From: a virus
IMG/VR virus record: IMGVR_UViG_3300045988_130750
Span: 32,001 to 96,000 of that record
DNA length: 64,000 nucleotides
Reading direction: 5' to 3' (one strand)
Below are positions 34,804 to 44,819 of this stretch, piece after piece. The position numbers and the translations under genes were made by a program. The stretch's first letter is position 1. The number at the start of each line of letters is the position of its first letter. A model generated the notes under the pieces. The model saw only the letters and a program-made list of their open reading frames with translations, had not been told where the DNA came from and did not search any database.

Positions 34804-35070
34804 ATGAGCAAATGGTTATATGATCCTGAAAAGGATTTACGGAATGGAAAAGAGTTTACTTATAACTTACCTATACATGAGAATGACACATTATTCAATG
34901 GTTTTACATATAGAGAAATCATGGATGTAATAGTTGCAAATTGTGGTCACAATGTCACAGAAGCACAATTTGATAAAGAGTTAAAGGATTTTCTTGATAT
35001 GCGAATTGAAGAGATGAAAGAAAATCTGATGTTGTGCAAGGCAAATATGTTAAAAGAGATTAGAAAGTAA
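34804..35070 (+). CDS. Hypothetical protein
   Basis: ATG at 34804 after TAAGGAGG. Confidence 0.7.
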   Translation: MSKWLYDPEKDLRNGKEFTYNLPIHENDTLFNGFTYREIMDVIVANCGHNVTEAQFDKELKDFLDMRIEEMKENLMLCKANMLKEIRK

Positions 35071-35083
35071 GGAGGAAATTATT

Positions 35084-35833
35084 ATGCGTAAGATTCTTAA
35101 CCCATGTAAATGTAAGGTATATACAAGATCGGGAAAAGAAGCAGATAAAAATGCATTTGTAAAAATTGAATACAATAATTCAAAGTTAAGTATTAGTGGT
35201 GTGGTTGCACCATTATCAAATGGAGATTGCCTTGGCTCTGCTGGTCAGTGCGTAGATGAAATCAGAAATGGAATTCCTACAGATGAATGGACAACAGAAA
35301 TGCTTAATAAATTATGTGATATTTGGGACAGATGGCACTTAAATGATATGCGTCCATATTGTCCACATATGGAGGAGCTTGGGTGGGTTAAACATACACA
35401 GGATAAAGTGAAAATTGAAAAATGGACACTTACAAGAGAAGCCTCTCAGAAAAAGAAAGAAGCTGAGAACAGAGCATTAGAGTGTCTGAGAAATGGAGAA
35501 CCATTTTATCTAACAAAAGATGAAATTGCATATGCAAATATGAAATATTCTATTGATATTTATAATGACGAAGACATAGAAAATAAATGTGGAAAGTTAT
35601 ATAAAGATGCGTATGAATTAAAAGAAAAAGATTGTTTAGGACACTCAAACACAGAATATAAAACAAGAGGTTGGATTTCATATAAAGATCATGAGTTAGG
35701 TTTTCTTAGTAGACCTTGCCCTGTATGTGGTTATAAATATGGAACTGCATGGAAAATGGAAGATGTACCTGATGAAATAATTAAATGGTTAGAAAGTTTA
35801 CCTGAAACAAAGGTAAAACCAGCTTGGGTATAA
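35084..35833 (+). CDS. Hypothetical protein with C-terminal zinc ribbon (CPVCGYKYG)
   Basis: 249-aa ORF with TAAGGAGG SD. Confidence 0.75.
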   Translation: MRKILNPCKCKVYTRSGKEADKNAFVKIEYNNSKLSISGVVAPLSNGDCLGSAGQCVDEIRNGIPTDEWTTEMLNKLCDIWDRWHLNDMRPYCPHMEELGWVKHTQDKVKIEKWTLTREASQKKKEAENRALECLRNGEPFYLTKDEIAYANMKYSIDIYNDEDIENKCGKLYKDAYELKEKDCLGHSNTEYKTRGWISYKDHELGFLSRPCPVCGYKYGTAWKMEDVPDEIIKWLESLPETKVKPAWV

Positions 35834-35847
35834 GGAGGTAAAACATT

Positions 35848-36033
35848 ATGTTGAAAATTGAAATTAAAACAGGTGGTGCAGCTTATAGTGATGATGATGT
35901 ACTTACATATGAAGGTAGATATGAGTTGAAGAGAAACTTAACAGATATTGCACAGTTAATTACAAATGGATGTGATAGTGGTTACATCATGGATATTAAC
36001 GGAAACAAAGTAGGTAACTGGTCGGTTGAATAA
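35848..36033 (+). CDS. Hypothetical small protein
   Basis: 61-aa ORF with TAAGGAGG SD. Confidence 0.7.
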   Translation: MLKIEIKTGGAAYSDDDVLTYEGRYELKRNLTDIAQLITNGCDSGYIMDINGNKVGNWSVE

Positions 36034-36077
36034 CCAAATGAAAGAGTACTTTCATAGAAAGGTAAAAGGTGATAATT

Positions 36078-36329
36078 ATGAAAAAATATGTAGTAATTTG
36101 TTATTCGGTTCACAATAAAGAAATTGCAAGCCATGATGCATTTGAAAATGAGGATGATGCATACGCATTTCTTGAAAAAGATGCACAGAATACTTACGAG
36201 GAAGAAATGAATAATTCTGACGAAGAAGGAAAAGAGCAGGTCGATTTTACAATAAGTGATGATGGTTCAGCATATCTTTCATCTCACGATGGAGAATATG
36301 AATGGACTTGGGAAGTTATAGAGGCATAA
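36078..36329 (+). CDS. Hypothetical acidic protein
   Basis: ATG at 36078 after AAAGGTGA. Confidence 0.65.
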   Translation: MKKYVVICYSVHNKEIASHDAFENEDDAYAFLEKDAQNTYEEEMNNSDEEGKEQVDFTISDDGSAYLSSHDGEYEWTWEVIEA

Positions 36330-36361
36330 AGAATTAGCAATTTCATTTTAAGATTGGAGGA

Positions 36362-36838
36362 ATGAGCATGGAAAATATTACAGTAAGAGAATGGGTAAAT
36401 AAATTTAATAATAAAGAGTTTGAGTCTAAAAACAGAGCAGTTCAGTGTAATGCAGGTTGGTATGATTGGTTTTGTTCAGATGATGCGTTGGCTGGAAGAT
36501 TAAAGAAGATGGGAAACATTATAAAGGATATTAAGAGTGATTACATTCTTGATAATTTTAGAGTATGGTTTAAAAATAATTGTCCTTGCTCTTATCCATT
36601 GTATGATGATTTTAGATTTGAACCAATAATGGAAAACGGAGAAGATTCAGATGATTTAATTCGTGATCAATTATATTTTGGAGTACAGTGTGGGCATCCA
36701 TTTGGAAGTGAGCATATGTATAAAATATTTACAGCAAGGAATGGATACTCAGTTGAATTTAAATGTAAAAATAAAAAGGAAGTATTAAATGTAATTGAAC
36801 AACTTGCAGAAGATTTTCAGAAAGAAATGGAGGTGTAA
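36362..36838 (+). CDS. Hypothetical protein
   Basis: 158-aa ORF with TTGGAGG SD. Confidence 0.75.
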   Translation: MSMENITVREWVNKFNNKEFESKNRAVQCNAGWYDWFCSDDALAGRLKKMGNIIKDIKSDYILDNFRVWFKNNCPCSYPLYDDFRFEPIMENGEDSDDLIRDQLYFGVQCGHPFGSEHMYKIFTARNGYSVEFKCKNKKEVLNVIEQLAEDFQKEMEV

Positions 36839-36840
36839 GT

Positions 36841-37206
36841 ATGGTAACAGAAAATGGAATGGTTATGATGACTCTTAGCGAATATCAAAGCTTAAATGCA
36901 ACAAAAAATAAAATAGAGGAACTTGAAAAGTCAAATGAAATGCTACGAAAAGCAATGTTACAGTTGACTGGTAAAGGCAATACAACGGATATTAAAGTTT
37001 CTCGTTCAGATTTTGTTAAAATGCACGATATGGCAGTGAACGAAATGTTTGAGACAAATAGTGAAGAGAACGATGTTTATGGACATAATATCACAGTACA
37101 TTGGCATGGAATGTATTGCAGTTGTTCAGATGGAGCAACACCAAGTAATTATATAATTCCTGCAATAGTGGATTGTGATAACGAATTAGATTGGAAGGAT
37201 GAATAG
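36841..37206 (+). CDS. Hypothetical protein
   Basis: 121-aa ORF with GGAGGTG SD. Confidence 0.7.
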   Translation: MVTENGMVMMTLSEYQSLNATKNKIEELEKSNEMLRKAMLQLTGKGNTTDIKVSRSDFVKMHDMAVNEMFETNSEENDVYGHNITVHWHGMYCSCSDGATPSNYIIPAIVDCDNELDWKDE

Positions 37207-37208
37207 AA

Positions 37209-37475
37209 ATGTTACAACTAACAGAGGATGGATACAAATTTATAAGCGAGAATGGAATTGAGTATGATATTCTCGAAGGTGTGACAATTGGTGTTTCGCC
37301 ACGAAAGACAAGTGATATGATATTTATTCTGCTAAACAATGCAGATTATAACGTAGAAAATCATTTTGTTGGATATTTATTTGGCGCATGTTTGTTTTCT
37401 GAAAGAGAAACTGAATATGAAGAAAGCATTGCAGAACTTGTAGATAAATATGAAAAAGAAAATGGATTGGAGTGA
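37209..37475 (+). CDS. Hypothetical protein
   Basis: 88-aa ORF, tightly packed. Confidence 0.65.
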   Translation: MLQLTEDGYKFISENGIEYDILEGVTIGVSPRKTSDMIFILLNNADYNVENHFVGYLFGACLFSERETEYEESIAELVDKYEKENGLE

Positions 37476-37481
37476 TTGTTT

Positions 37482-37679
37482 ATGAAGTATAAAATAGGCG
37501 ATAAATTTATGATAGAAATGAGAACTGGTTTTCTACTAAATAGTTTCGTTAGAAGAGAAATTGAAATTACAAAAATAATTGGTAATCTCCTATGGTTCAA
37601 ATATGAGTTACCTAATGGTGGTTACAGGGAAATGTTTGGTTATGAAAAAGATTTAGATGGAATGATCATAACTGAATAA
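37482..37679 (+). CDS. Hypothetical small protein
   Basis: ATG at 37482 after TTGGAGTGA. Confidence 0.65.
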   Translation: MKYKIGDKFMIEMRTGFLLNSFVRREIEITKIIGNLLWFKYELPNGGYREMFGYEKDLDGMIITE

Positions 37680-37715
37680 ACAAGAGTTTCAAGGCAAGAT
37701 TGGAGGAAAATAAAT

Positions 37716-38111
37716 ATGCTAAAAGAAAATTTAATAAAATGGTTTAATTATTGCAACGCAATAGCAGAAGATATTGTGGAAAATAATAAATCGAAAGAAA
37801 TACAAGAGTACGCACAAAAGTTTGCAGAAATTGAAAGTCCTTTGGTTGGTGGTACTGATGCAGATTGGATTCGCATTAACGCTGGGGATATTTATATATT
37901 CTTATGTGACGATGGGCAAATTGGTTATCAAGTTGACCCATTAGCTGAATACGGTGGAGAACTTATTGATATGTGGAATTGTTCAAAAGATGATTTTATA
38001 AAAGAAATCTTATCGTTAGAAAATGCACCAATTATTAGAGATGGAGTTACTTTCTTTGAATCAGAAAAATCTGTTGATGAGCCACCTATGTATATGCCAA
38101 TGAAACGATGA
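37716..38111 (+). CDS. Hypothetical protein
   Basis: 131-aa ORF with TTGGAGG SD. Confidence 0.75.
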   Translation: MLKENLIKWFNYCNAIAEDIVENNKSKEIQEYAQKFAEIESPLVGGTDADWIRINAGDIYIFLCDDGQIGYQVDPLAEYGGELIDMWNCSKDDFIKEILSLENAPIIRDGVTFFESEKSVDEPPMYMPMKR

Positions 38112-38141
38112 TTTACTGAGTTTAGAGGAGAGTAGATAAAA

Positions 38142-38300
38142 ATGTTTAGAAGAAAAGCAAAATGGATTTATTGGAGAGAAAAAGGAATAAAGCAATGCAA
38201 ATGCTCGAAATGCAAAGTATCTTACGGTTGTATGGATACACCATACTGTCCTAATTGTGGTCGGAAAATGGTTGGAGCCATAAAAGGCAAAGAAGTTTGA
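38142..38300 (+). CDS. Hypothetical 52-aa zinc-ribbon protein (below the track cutoff)
   Basis: GAGGAGAG SD. Reads MFRRKAKWIYWREKGIKQCKCSKCKVSYGCMDTPYCPNCGRKMVGAIKGKEV*. Confidence 0.55.
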   Translation: MFRRKAKWIYWREKGIKQCKCSKCKVSYGCMDTPYCPNCGRKMVGAIKGKEV

Positions 38301-38333
38301 ATCGAAAATTTGAAGTGAAAGCGAGGTATAAAA

Positions 38334-38507
38334 ATGTTAAGTGAAGATTTTAAAGGAAAAAGATGTGCAGGGTGTAGACAATGTGTTCATGCAAATTATG
38401 ATAAAATGAAGTGCTATCCTAATTCGGGAGATTGCAAGAAAGAATACGATTTGACAGAAGAAGATTTTCACACAGAAACAAGATGTGATTTTTTCAAAAG
38501 TAAATAA
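38334..38507 (+). CDS. Hypothetical 57-aa Cys-rich protein (below the track cutoff)
   Basis: GCGAGGTATAAAAATG. Reads MLSEDFKGKRCAGCRQCVHANYDKMKCYPNSGDCKKEYDLTEEDFHTETRCDFFKSK*. Confidence 0.5.
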   Translation: MLSEDFKGKRCAGCRQCVHANYDKMKCYPNSGDCKKEYDLTEEDFHTETRCDFFKSK

Positions 38508-38590
38508 ATCTATTGAATCGGGAGCTACTGTATATTATTAAATAGAAATTTATGATATAATAAAAGAAAATGAAAACGGAGGTAGATAAT

Positions 38591-39343
38591 ATGTTAGGTT
38601 CATTATTATTTTTGGGAGCTTTGGGAATTAGTGGAATTCATTGTGGTGTAGAAAATTATCAGATAAAGAAAGAAAGTGCAAAATTTGACAAAAATGGAAA
38701 TATAACATATTTTGATCGAAAGGGTCAGGATTATATAAATCATGAAAAAGTTTATAGAAGTACACAATATGACAAAAATAACCAAGAGCATCATCAGACT
38801 ATTGGTGTTAATAGTGGAATAGTATATCATGACGATTATGATGATAGATCAAAATGGAAAAGAGATATGTCAAATGACAATAAAAGAAATGCAATTGAAT
38901 ATGGATACCCTGTTTACGAAAATTATGACCCTAGATTTAATAAATTTGTAACAACTGAAATTGCAACAGGGAAGGTTATTGCTTGTATATTCCGAGATCA
39001 GTATAGCAAAGAATGTAGAAAATTTTATGTACATGATGATATGATTAATAAATATGGACAGTGTGCATATAACATGTCATCACCTAATGATTTCGGTGTA
39101 ATTATTACAGAAGAAGAATATAATAAAATCAAGTCTGCTGGAGTATCACCAACTTTTAGTCTTGTTCCAAATATGGAAGTATATAACCAATTAACGAAGT
39201 TAACTGATAAATTAGCAGATGAGGCATATGAAGCAGATGTTAGAAAATATTGGGGAACGGTAGGTAATAAGGCAGATGAGATAATAGAAAACTATTATAA
39301 AACAAAATATGGTTCAGATTATCAAAATCATATGAAAAAATAA
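38591..39343 (+). CDS. Membrane-anchored hypothetical protein
   Basis: ATG at 38591 after CGGAGG; the track start is 38570. Hydrophobic N-terminus MLGSLLFLGALGISGI. Confidence 0.7.
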   Translation: MLGSLLFLGALGISGIHCGVENYQIKKESAKFDKNGNITYFDRKGQDYINHEKVYRSTQYDKNNQEHHQTIGVNSGIVYHDDYDDRSKWKRDMSNDNKRNAIEYGYPVYENYDPRFNKFVTTEIATGKVIACIFRDQYSKECRKFYVHDDMINKYGQCAYNMSSPNDFGVIITEEEYNKIKSAGVSPTFSLVPNMEVYNQLTKLTDKLADEAYEADVRKYWGTVGNKADEIIENYYKTKYGSDYQNHMKK

Positions 39344-39562
39344 TTAAACTAAAAGGTTATTATAAACTGAATAAGCAGGGGGTGGAAATGTGCTCAAAAG
39401 ATATTATTGAGTTACTGAATGATGTTATGTAAAATGAAGGAATTGATGTATATATTAAAATATAGAATAAGTCAATTAAATGGAAACTGGTAAAATTGTA
39501 AAAGAATTACGGTATTAAATAATAGATTCATTGGAAAAAAGGGAACGAGGACTGAAGATATA

Positions 39563-39826
39563 TCAGTCCTCTTTTTGATGTAATTTTGGATCATCTGTGC
39601 GTCCAACAAGATAGTCAATAGAAACATCAAAGTAATCAGCGAGTTTAATCAGCATATCAAGACTTGGTTTTTTGTTTCCATTCTCAAAATTACCAATAGT
39701 TCCTCTTGTAGATTCAATTTCTTTACCAAGCTGCTCCATAGTAAGACCATTAGAAGTTCTCAATTCCTTTAGTCTTTCAGAAAAACTTGGAAAAAAGAAG
39801 AAAAACATAACATCACCTCTTGACAT
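39563..39826 (-). CDS. CI-like XRE-family repressor
   Basis: LKELRTSNGLTMEQLGKEIESTRGTIGNFENGNKKPSLDMLIKLADYF HTH. Divergent from the Cro-like gene. The start may be an internal Met. Confidence 0.75.
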   Translation of the reverse strand: MSRGDVMFFFFFPSFSERLKELRTSNGLTMEQLGKEIESTRGTIGNFENGNKKPSLDMLIKLADYFDVSIDYLVGRTDDPKLHQKED

Positions 39827-39871
39827 AAGTATTCAAATAGAATACAATAATGATGTATTCAAACGGAATAC
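39820..39871 (+). promoter_or_regulatory. Rightward promoter with two 17-bp operators GTATTCAAA-NN-GAATAC
   Basis: TTGACA at 39820-39825, a 17-nt spacer, TACAAT at 39843-39848. Operators at 39829-39845 and 39855-39871. Confidence 0.7.
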
Positions 39872-39892
39872 ATAACTGGAAAGGAGATAATT

Positions 39893-40108
39893 ATGAACCA
39901 GCTAAAACAAATCCGTTTGGAAAATAAATGGACTCAACAATATGTGGCAGATAAAATTAGTATTACAAAATCTGCATATTCAAACATTGAGAATCAGAAT
40001 AGAAGTCCATCACTAAAAGTAGCCATTCAATTACAAAATTTGTTTGGTCTATCAATTGAAAAACTGTTGGAAAATAAGAATAGCAACCCTACACCGACAA
40101 AAGTTTAG
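39893..40108 (+). CDS. Cro-like XRE-family HTH protein
   Basis: WTQQYVADKISITKSAYSNIENQNRSPSLKVAIQLQNLF. AAAGGAG SD. Confidence 0.75.
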   Translation: MNQLKQIRLENKWTQQYVADKISITKSAYSNIENQNRSPSLKVAIQLQNLFGLSIEKLLENKNSNPTPTKV

Positions 40109-40346
40109 AAGTTGCCATTCCACCCAATTTGAACTTAGTTCAAAGTCAATTATATTCTATCGTACTTTCTGGACTATTTCAAGTCAATTTTCCAAAAGAA
40201 TTGCACCTTGAAAACTGAATAGCAGATCGGCTATCTGTAAAAGCTGTCGTGAGGGAGTTGAAATACTCTCGATAATGTGCGAGCAAAATGGAGAATAAAA
40301 CATTAGAACATTATCAACAAATTTATATAAGAAAGGAAGATACGAT

Positions 40347-41099
40347 ATGAAAGAAGTATTAGAAACAAGAAATGAAATTGAAATTTTTAACAATGAAAAT
40401 TTCGGACAGATTAGAACTATTGTGATTGATGGAGAACCTTGGTTTATTGGAAAAGATATTGCGATTGCACTTGGTTACTCCGATCCAAAAGATGCATTGA
40501 AAAAGCATGTTTATACTGAAGATAAAGAGGTATTTCAAAAGGGGCGTTTTGCCACCTTAGAAAATATTGATAAATTAAGCATCCCAAATAGAGGAATGAC
40601 ATTTGTTAATGAGTCTGGTTTATATTCGTTGATTTTTGGAAGCAAATTAGATTCAGCAAAGCAGTTTAAAAGATGGGTAACATCAGAGGTTCTTCCATCA
40701 ATCCGAAAGACAGGTGGTTATGTTGCAACTCAATCTAATAAGGTAGAAACAATGCTTGAAGATATGGGATGTAATATGAAAGTTGTGTATGCTCAGATTA
40801 ACAATATGGAAAATATGTTAGGTGAGCAGACAGAAAAGTTAAATCAGGTTGTAGATAATATGACATTAACTACAAGACAGCAGCAGAGAATTTATAAAGC
40901 TGCAAAGGACAGAATTAACAATTTACTCGGTGGAGCACATTCTAAAGAATATAAAGCAAATTCGAAAAGCTATTTTATTAATCTTTGGAATGGCTTGAAG
41001 AGTAAATTTGGATGTGGCAGTTCATACAAGGATCTGAATCCTATTTACTTTGATGATGCAATGAGATTTATTCAGAATTGGATTTACGAAGAGAACTAA
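40347..41099 (+). CDS. Bro-N domain antirepressor-like protein
   Basis: FNNENFGQIRTIVIDGEPWFIGKDIAIALGYSDPKDALKKHV is a typical BRO N-terminal domain. Confidence 0.8.
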   Translation: MKEVLETRNEIEIFNNENFGQIRTIVIDGEPWFIGKDIAIALGYSDPKDALKKHVYTEDKEVFQKGRFATLENIDKLSIPNRGMTFVNESGLYSLIFGSKLDSAKQFKRWVTSEVLPSIRKTGGYVATQSNKVETMLEDMGCNMKVVYAQINNMENMLGEQTEKLNQVVDNMTLTTRQQQRIYKAAKDRINNLLGGAHSKEYKANSKSYFINLWNGLKSKFGCGSSYKDLNPIYFDDAMRFIQNWIYEEN

Positions 41100-41307
41100 G
41101 CAATACATATCATGAGTGCTGACAAGAAGCATTCAGCTTGTTCTATACTTCTCAAGTCAAAAGAAGTAGTGTATAATAATAAAGGTAGTCTAAAATCGAA
41201 AGAGATTAGATAGAGGTTGAGGTTTATAGCAAGTTACTTATGGTAACGAATGGAAAATAATTTCCAATGAATCCAAGTTTTCTTTTGAAACAGAAAGGAA
41301 TTATTTT

Positions 41308-41634
41308 ATGAAATATGCAAATAGATTAACTGATGAAGAATTAAGAGAAGTATATGGCTTATTTATTGATTCAGACGGAAAAATCAATGAACTAAATATT
41401 ACAAGAGATGAACGTTCTATTGGGCTTGAGGGATATGTAGAGATTCCTGAAATTGAAGAAGAGAGACTAAAAGAAGACCCGAATGCAACTATTATCATTG
41501 ATGATGATTATGAAATTACAGATTATGATGTCAAAGTATATCACCATTCAGGTAATTGTACGCCAGATTATAGAAAATGGATGTATAACAAATTTGGTGA
41601 TGAATATGCAAGAGATTACTTATTTAATGACTAA
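41308..41634 (+). CDS. Hypothetical acidic protein
   Basis: 108-aa ORF with AAAGGAATTATTTTATG context. Confidence 0.7.
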   Translation: MKYANRLTDEELREVYGLFIDSDGKINELNITRDERSIGLEGYVEIPEIEEERLKEDPNATIIIDDDYEITDYDVKVYHHSGNCTPDYRKWMYNKFGDEYARDYLFND

Positions 41635-41668
41635 GAAATCTAAGTTTCATGCCAAGAAGGGAGTAATA

Positions 41669-41881
41669 ATGGGTAGAAGTATTTATTTTACAAATAGAGA
41701 ATTACAACAACTTAGAAATTATGTGTTTGAAGCAGTTGATATTTTAGGTGAAGCATCAGAAACATATGAACAGGTGGACAAAGATATGGAAAATGGACTA
41801 GGTTCTGCTTTGCGAAAATTGTACAAAGGATGCAATGGTGAGGTGAAATATGCTAAATATAAAACAAAACGAGATTCTTAA
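41669..41881 (+). CDS. Hypothetical small protein
   Basis: ATG at 41669 after AAGGGAG. It is in frame with the tail of track ORF 41483-41881, whose 5' part overlaps the previous gene. Confidence 0.65.
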   Translation: MGRSIYFTNRELQQLRNYVFEAVDILGEASETYEQVDKDMENGLGSALRKLYKGCNGEVKYAKYKTKRDS

Positions 41882-41918
41882 TAGTAGGTAGACAATATAA
41901 TAATTATGTTGGAAGTGA

Positions 41919-42260
41919 AATTTAACTTTCAAAGGTGATGATTTTATAAAAAAGACCGAAAAATTTGAAATTATTAGATGGTATATAAAACACAATATCA
42001 ATATTACAAAAACAATAGATATAAATTCTATAGATAGACTAAGAGAACTTGAAGAAATCGTCAGAACAAATAAAAATGTTTTTGGCGAAGTATCAAGATG
42101 TTATCAATGTACATCTGATGGAAAGAGTTTTTGTAATAGATGTGCAAATTGTGTAGAATGGCATTGGAATTCTGACATTCCTGATGATGAATGTGTAGAT
42201 AATTATAGATTTAGATATCAATATTGGAAAACATTTTATGATATTGAGAATGAGAAATAA
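41919..42260 (+). pseudogene. 113-codon open frame with no canonical start (ATA where paralogous contexts have ATG)
   Basis: My own translation gives NLTFKGDDFIKKTEKFEIIRWYIKHN...CYQCTSDGKSFCNRCANCVEWHW...ENEK*. The SD AAAGGTGATGA is followed by an in-frame ATA. Absent from the ORF track. Confidence 0.4.
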
Positions 42261-42294
42261 CTGGAAATTCGACTTTCAAAGGAAGGTGATATAA

Positions 42295-42525
42295 ATGAAA
42301 TTTAAAGTAGGAGATAGAGTATTTCACAAAAATTTAAGATTATTTGGTACATTTGTTGGATATGCTTGGGAATCGAATGAAGAAGCTGATGTAGATTTTG
42401 AAATGGAAGATGGATATGTAGAACAAAGACATGTTTCCATAAATCAATTAGATAAACAGCCGAGTGATGAAGAAATCGGGAAATTGATAGCAAGATATAA
42501 TAGTGGCATTAAAGAGAAGAAGTAA
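42295..42525 (+). CDS. Hypothetical small protein (DRVFH family)
   Basis: 76-aa ORF with GGAAGGTGA SD. Confidence 0.7.
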   Translation: MKFKVGDRVFHKNLRLFGTFVGYAWESNEEADVDFEMEDGYVEQRHVSINQLDKQPSDEEIGKLIARYNSGIKEKK

Positions 42526-42543
42526 AAGATTGAGGTGATGTAG

Positions 42544-42741
42544 ATGGTAAATATGACACTTAAAGAACTGGTAGAATATGAAAGTACATTAAATAGTTTG
42601 CAGCAAGAATATGAAGGAAAATTGAGTAAATTATACGGAGAATCCGATACTTCAAGTGAAAAGAGGAGACTAACAATTGTTTTGAATCTTATTATTGAAG
42701 AAAGACAGAAAGTAAATCGTCAAAAATATAAACCAGTGTAG
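42544..42741 (+). CDS. Hypothetical small protein
   Basis: 65-aa ORF with TGAGGTGA SD. Confidence 0.65.
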   Translation: MVNMTLKELVEYESTLNSLQQEYEGKLSKLYGESDTSSEKRRLTIVLNLIIEERQKVNRQKYKPV

Positions 42742-42822
42742 TAAATGACGATTTCAAATGGATTTTTTGGATTGATTAGTCATATAATATATTAGAAATT
42801 ATTGAAAAATGGAGGTAATTGT

Positions 42823-43152
42823 ATGTTTACACTTAATAAAGGAATTAATTATGTAACAATGAAATGGTATATGGAGAATTTAAAAGAGAAAATTGATATC
42901 CGTGATGTCAATATTGCAAACTATAATACAACTGAATTAGAAAATGTTATCAAAGATATTATATCTAATATTAGTATTGGTAATATTGCTGTCACAGAAA
43001 AATATGTGGTGGTAGAAGGAAGAAAACGTATTTATGCCATTAATGCTTTTATTGATGGTAAAATCAAATTCTCAAATAAATATTATACAGAGTTATCAAA
43101 AGAAGAATTTGATATTTTCAATAATTATGAATTAGGAATTTTTGTTGGATAA
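42823..43152 (+). CDS. Small DUF262-like (ParB-fold) protein
   Basis: ATG at 42823 after ATGGAGG. VVVEGRKRIYAINAFIDGKIKF resembles the DUF262 DGQQR...F..G core. Confidence 0.55.
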   Translation: MFTLNKGINYVTMKWYMENLKEKIDIRDVNIANYNTTELENVIKDIISNISIGNIAVTEKYVVVEGRKRIYAINAFIDGKIKFSNKYYTELSKEEFDIFNNYELGIFVG

Positions 43153-43262
43153 TTCAAAAGAAAAATTGCTTTCTTGCTGAAAGCAAATCAAATACAGAAA
43201 TAAGTATTAGAAGCGAAAATTAATCGCTTCTTTTTTAATACAGAAAAATGAGGTGACGAAAA

Positions 43263-43550
43263 ATGAATATGGGAAATCCAAAAAGAGTGTCAAGATTTAT
43301 ATGTTGTAAACATTTAGGAGAGAATTATATAGGATCTGGCATACAGAGATATGGACATCAGAGAGAAAAATTTCATTGCAAGGATCTATTTTGTTTGCAA
43401 TGTAACGAAATTACAAAAAATTTAGAAATTCGATGGTGTGATGATTATTTGGAAGTATATGAAATGGCTCAACAAATTAGATCATGCTATTATACAGATA
43501 AAATGGAGAATAATAATGATAGAAAGGTGGTTGATGAACATGTGTTATAA
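43263..43550 (+). CDS. Hypothetical zinc-finger protein
   Basis: 95-aa ORF with TGAGGTGA SD. CCKH...HCKDLFCLQC...C. Confidence 0.65.
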   Translation: MNMGNPKRVSRFICCKHLGENYIGSGIQRYGHQREKFHCKDLFCLQCNEITKNLEIRWCDDYLEVYEMAQQIRSCYYTDKMENNNDRKVVDEHVL

Positions 43551-44553
43551 AGCAGAAGTTCAAAAGCGAAACGAAGAGAAGTTAAACAAAATGTTGAGAA
43601 ACGAGAATGTTCCTGATTTTATTCAAGATTATTTTTTATCTATTTCGAGCAGAGCAGCAAGAATAAATTATTGGACAACTATTCGTAACACATTGAATTG
43701 GTTAATTGAAAAGAAATATATTGAATGTAAATCAATATCTGATATTTCACCTGAAATATTAGATAAGGTAACGGATTCAAAAATTATTAGATATTTAGAT
43801 TATTTAAAGGAGACTGGAATTAAACTTAGTACATTAGTCACAAAGAAAAACCAGTTGAGTAGTTTCTGGCAGTGGATGAAAGATCGTCATTATTGCAAGG
43901 ACAATATAATACAGTTAATCAAATCAAATGAATATAAAGCAGTAAAGACAAATCGTATGAAAATGCAGAAAATGCCTTTGTATGAAGATATCCAGGAGAT
44001 GATTGAAAAAATAAACCATAAACCAGATGAGTTCATTAGAATTAGAAATATGTGTGTCCTTAGAGTTTTGCGTGGTACTGGTTTAAGAGAGTCAGAGTTA
44101 GCAAATCTTGATTTAGGGGATATATATTTAGATGAAAAATTTATAGATGCATATCATGTAAGACCGTATTCGCTTGTAACAAGTAAAGGAACTTATGATT
44201 ATTCAGATGAAGCTAAAGATATTGTTTATTTAACAAAAGATGCAATTTCAGCTTTAACCGAATGGATTGAATACAGAAATACACTTGATTTTATTATTGA
44301 CAAAGATGCATTATTTCTTAATAAAAATGGAAAGCGTATGAATGAAGATAACATCAAAGCAATGTTTAGAATCTACAGTGGTGGGAAATTAACACCGCAC
44401 ATGATGAGACACGAATATACAACAGTTCTTCAAAGAGAATCAAACGATCCTACATTTGTTAGAGAACAAGGCAGATGGAAGTCAAACGCAATGATGAATA
44501 ATGTGTATGATTCAGGAGCTAGTAGATCCGCAAGTGTTTTGGAGAATATGTAA
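43516..44553 (+). CDS. Tyrosine recombinase (XerC/D-integrase family)
   Basis: ATG at 43516 after TGGAG. ...LRGTGLRESEL... and TPHMMRHEYTT...GRWKSNAMMNNVY supply the R, H-x-x-R and Y. Confidence 0.8.
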   Translation: MIERWLMNMCYKAEVQKRNEEKLNKMLRNENVPDFIQDYFLSISSRAARINYWTTIRNTLNWLIEKKYIECKSISDISPEILDKVTDSKIIRYLDYLKETGIKLSTLVTKKNQLSSFWQWMKDRHYCKDNIIQLIKSNEYKAVKTNRMKMQKMPLYEDIQEMIEKINHKPDEFIRIRNMCVLRVLRGTGLRESELANLDLGDIYLDEKFIDAYHVRPYSLVTSKGTYDYSDEAKDIVYLTKDAISALTEWIEYRNTLDFIIDKDALFLNKNGKRMNEDNIKAMFRIYSGGKLTPHMMRHEYTTVLQRESNDPTFVREQGRWKSNAMMNNVYDSGASRSASVLENM

Positions 44554-44559
44554 ACGACA

Positions 44560-44733
44560 CTATTTATTGGTGTCGTTGTCAAACTTAGATACTTCATTTG
44601 TTACAAGATTACGAATCCAACCAGAAAGAGATCTACCATCTGCCGTTGCAATTTTTGCAGCTCTTTCTTTTACATCTTTAGAAAGAACTACCATAACCCT
44701 TGTGTTTTCATCTTTGATTTTTCCTTGTGGCAT
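44560..44733 (-). CDS. Ribbon-helix-helix protein (57 aa, below the track cutoff), divergent from the MazF-like gene
   Basis: My own translation gives MPQGKIKDENTRVMVVLSKDVKERAAKIATADGRSLSGWIRNLVTNEVSKFDNDTNK*. The RSLS..IR pattern is typical of CopG/RHH proteins. Confidence 0.6.
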   Translation of the reverse strand: MPQGKIKDENTRVMVVLSKDVKERAAKIATADGRSLSGWIRNLVTNEVSKFDNDTNK

Positions 44734-44819
44734 AGTAAGTATCTCCTTTATTAATATAAGTTGATTATAAGTTGTTGCAAACTATATGTCAATTATTTTT
44801 AAAAAATGACATAAACCTA

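Noticed and set aside
44501-44764. 87-aa plus-strand ORF after the recombinase gene
   Set aside because: It is antisense to a much more convincing 57-aa RHH gene (44560-44733, minus strand) that has a canonical RHH sequence pattern.
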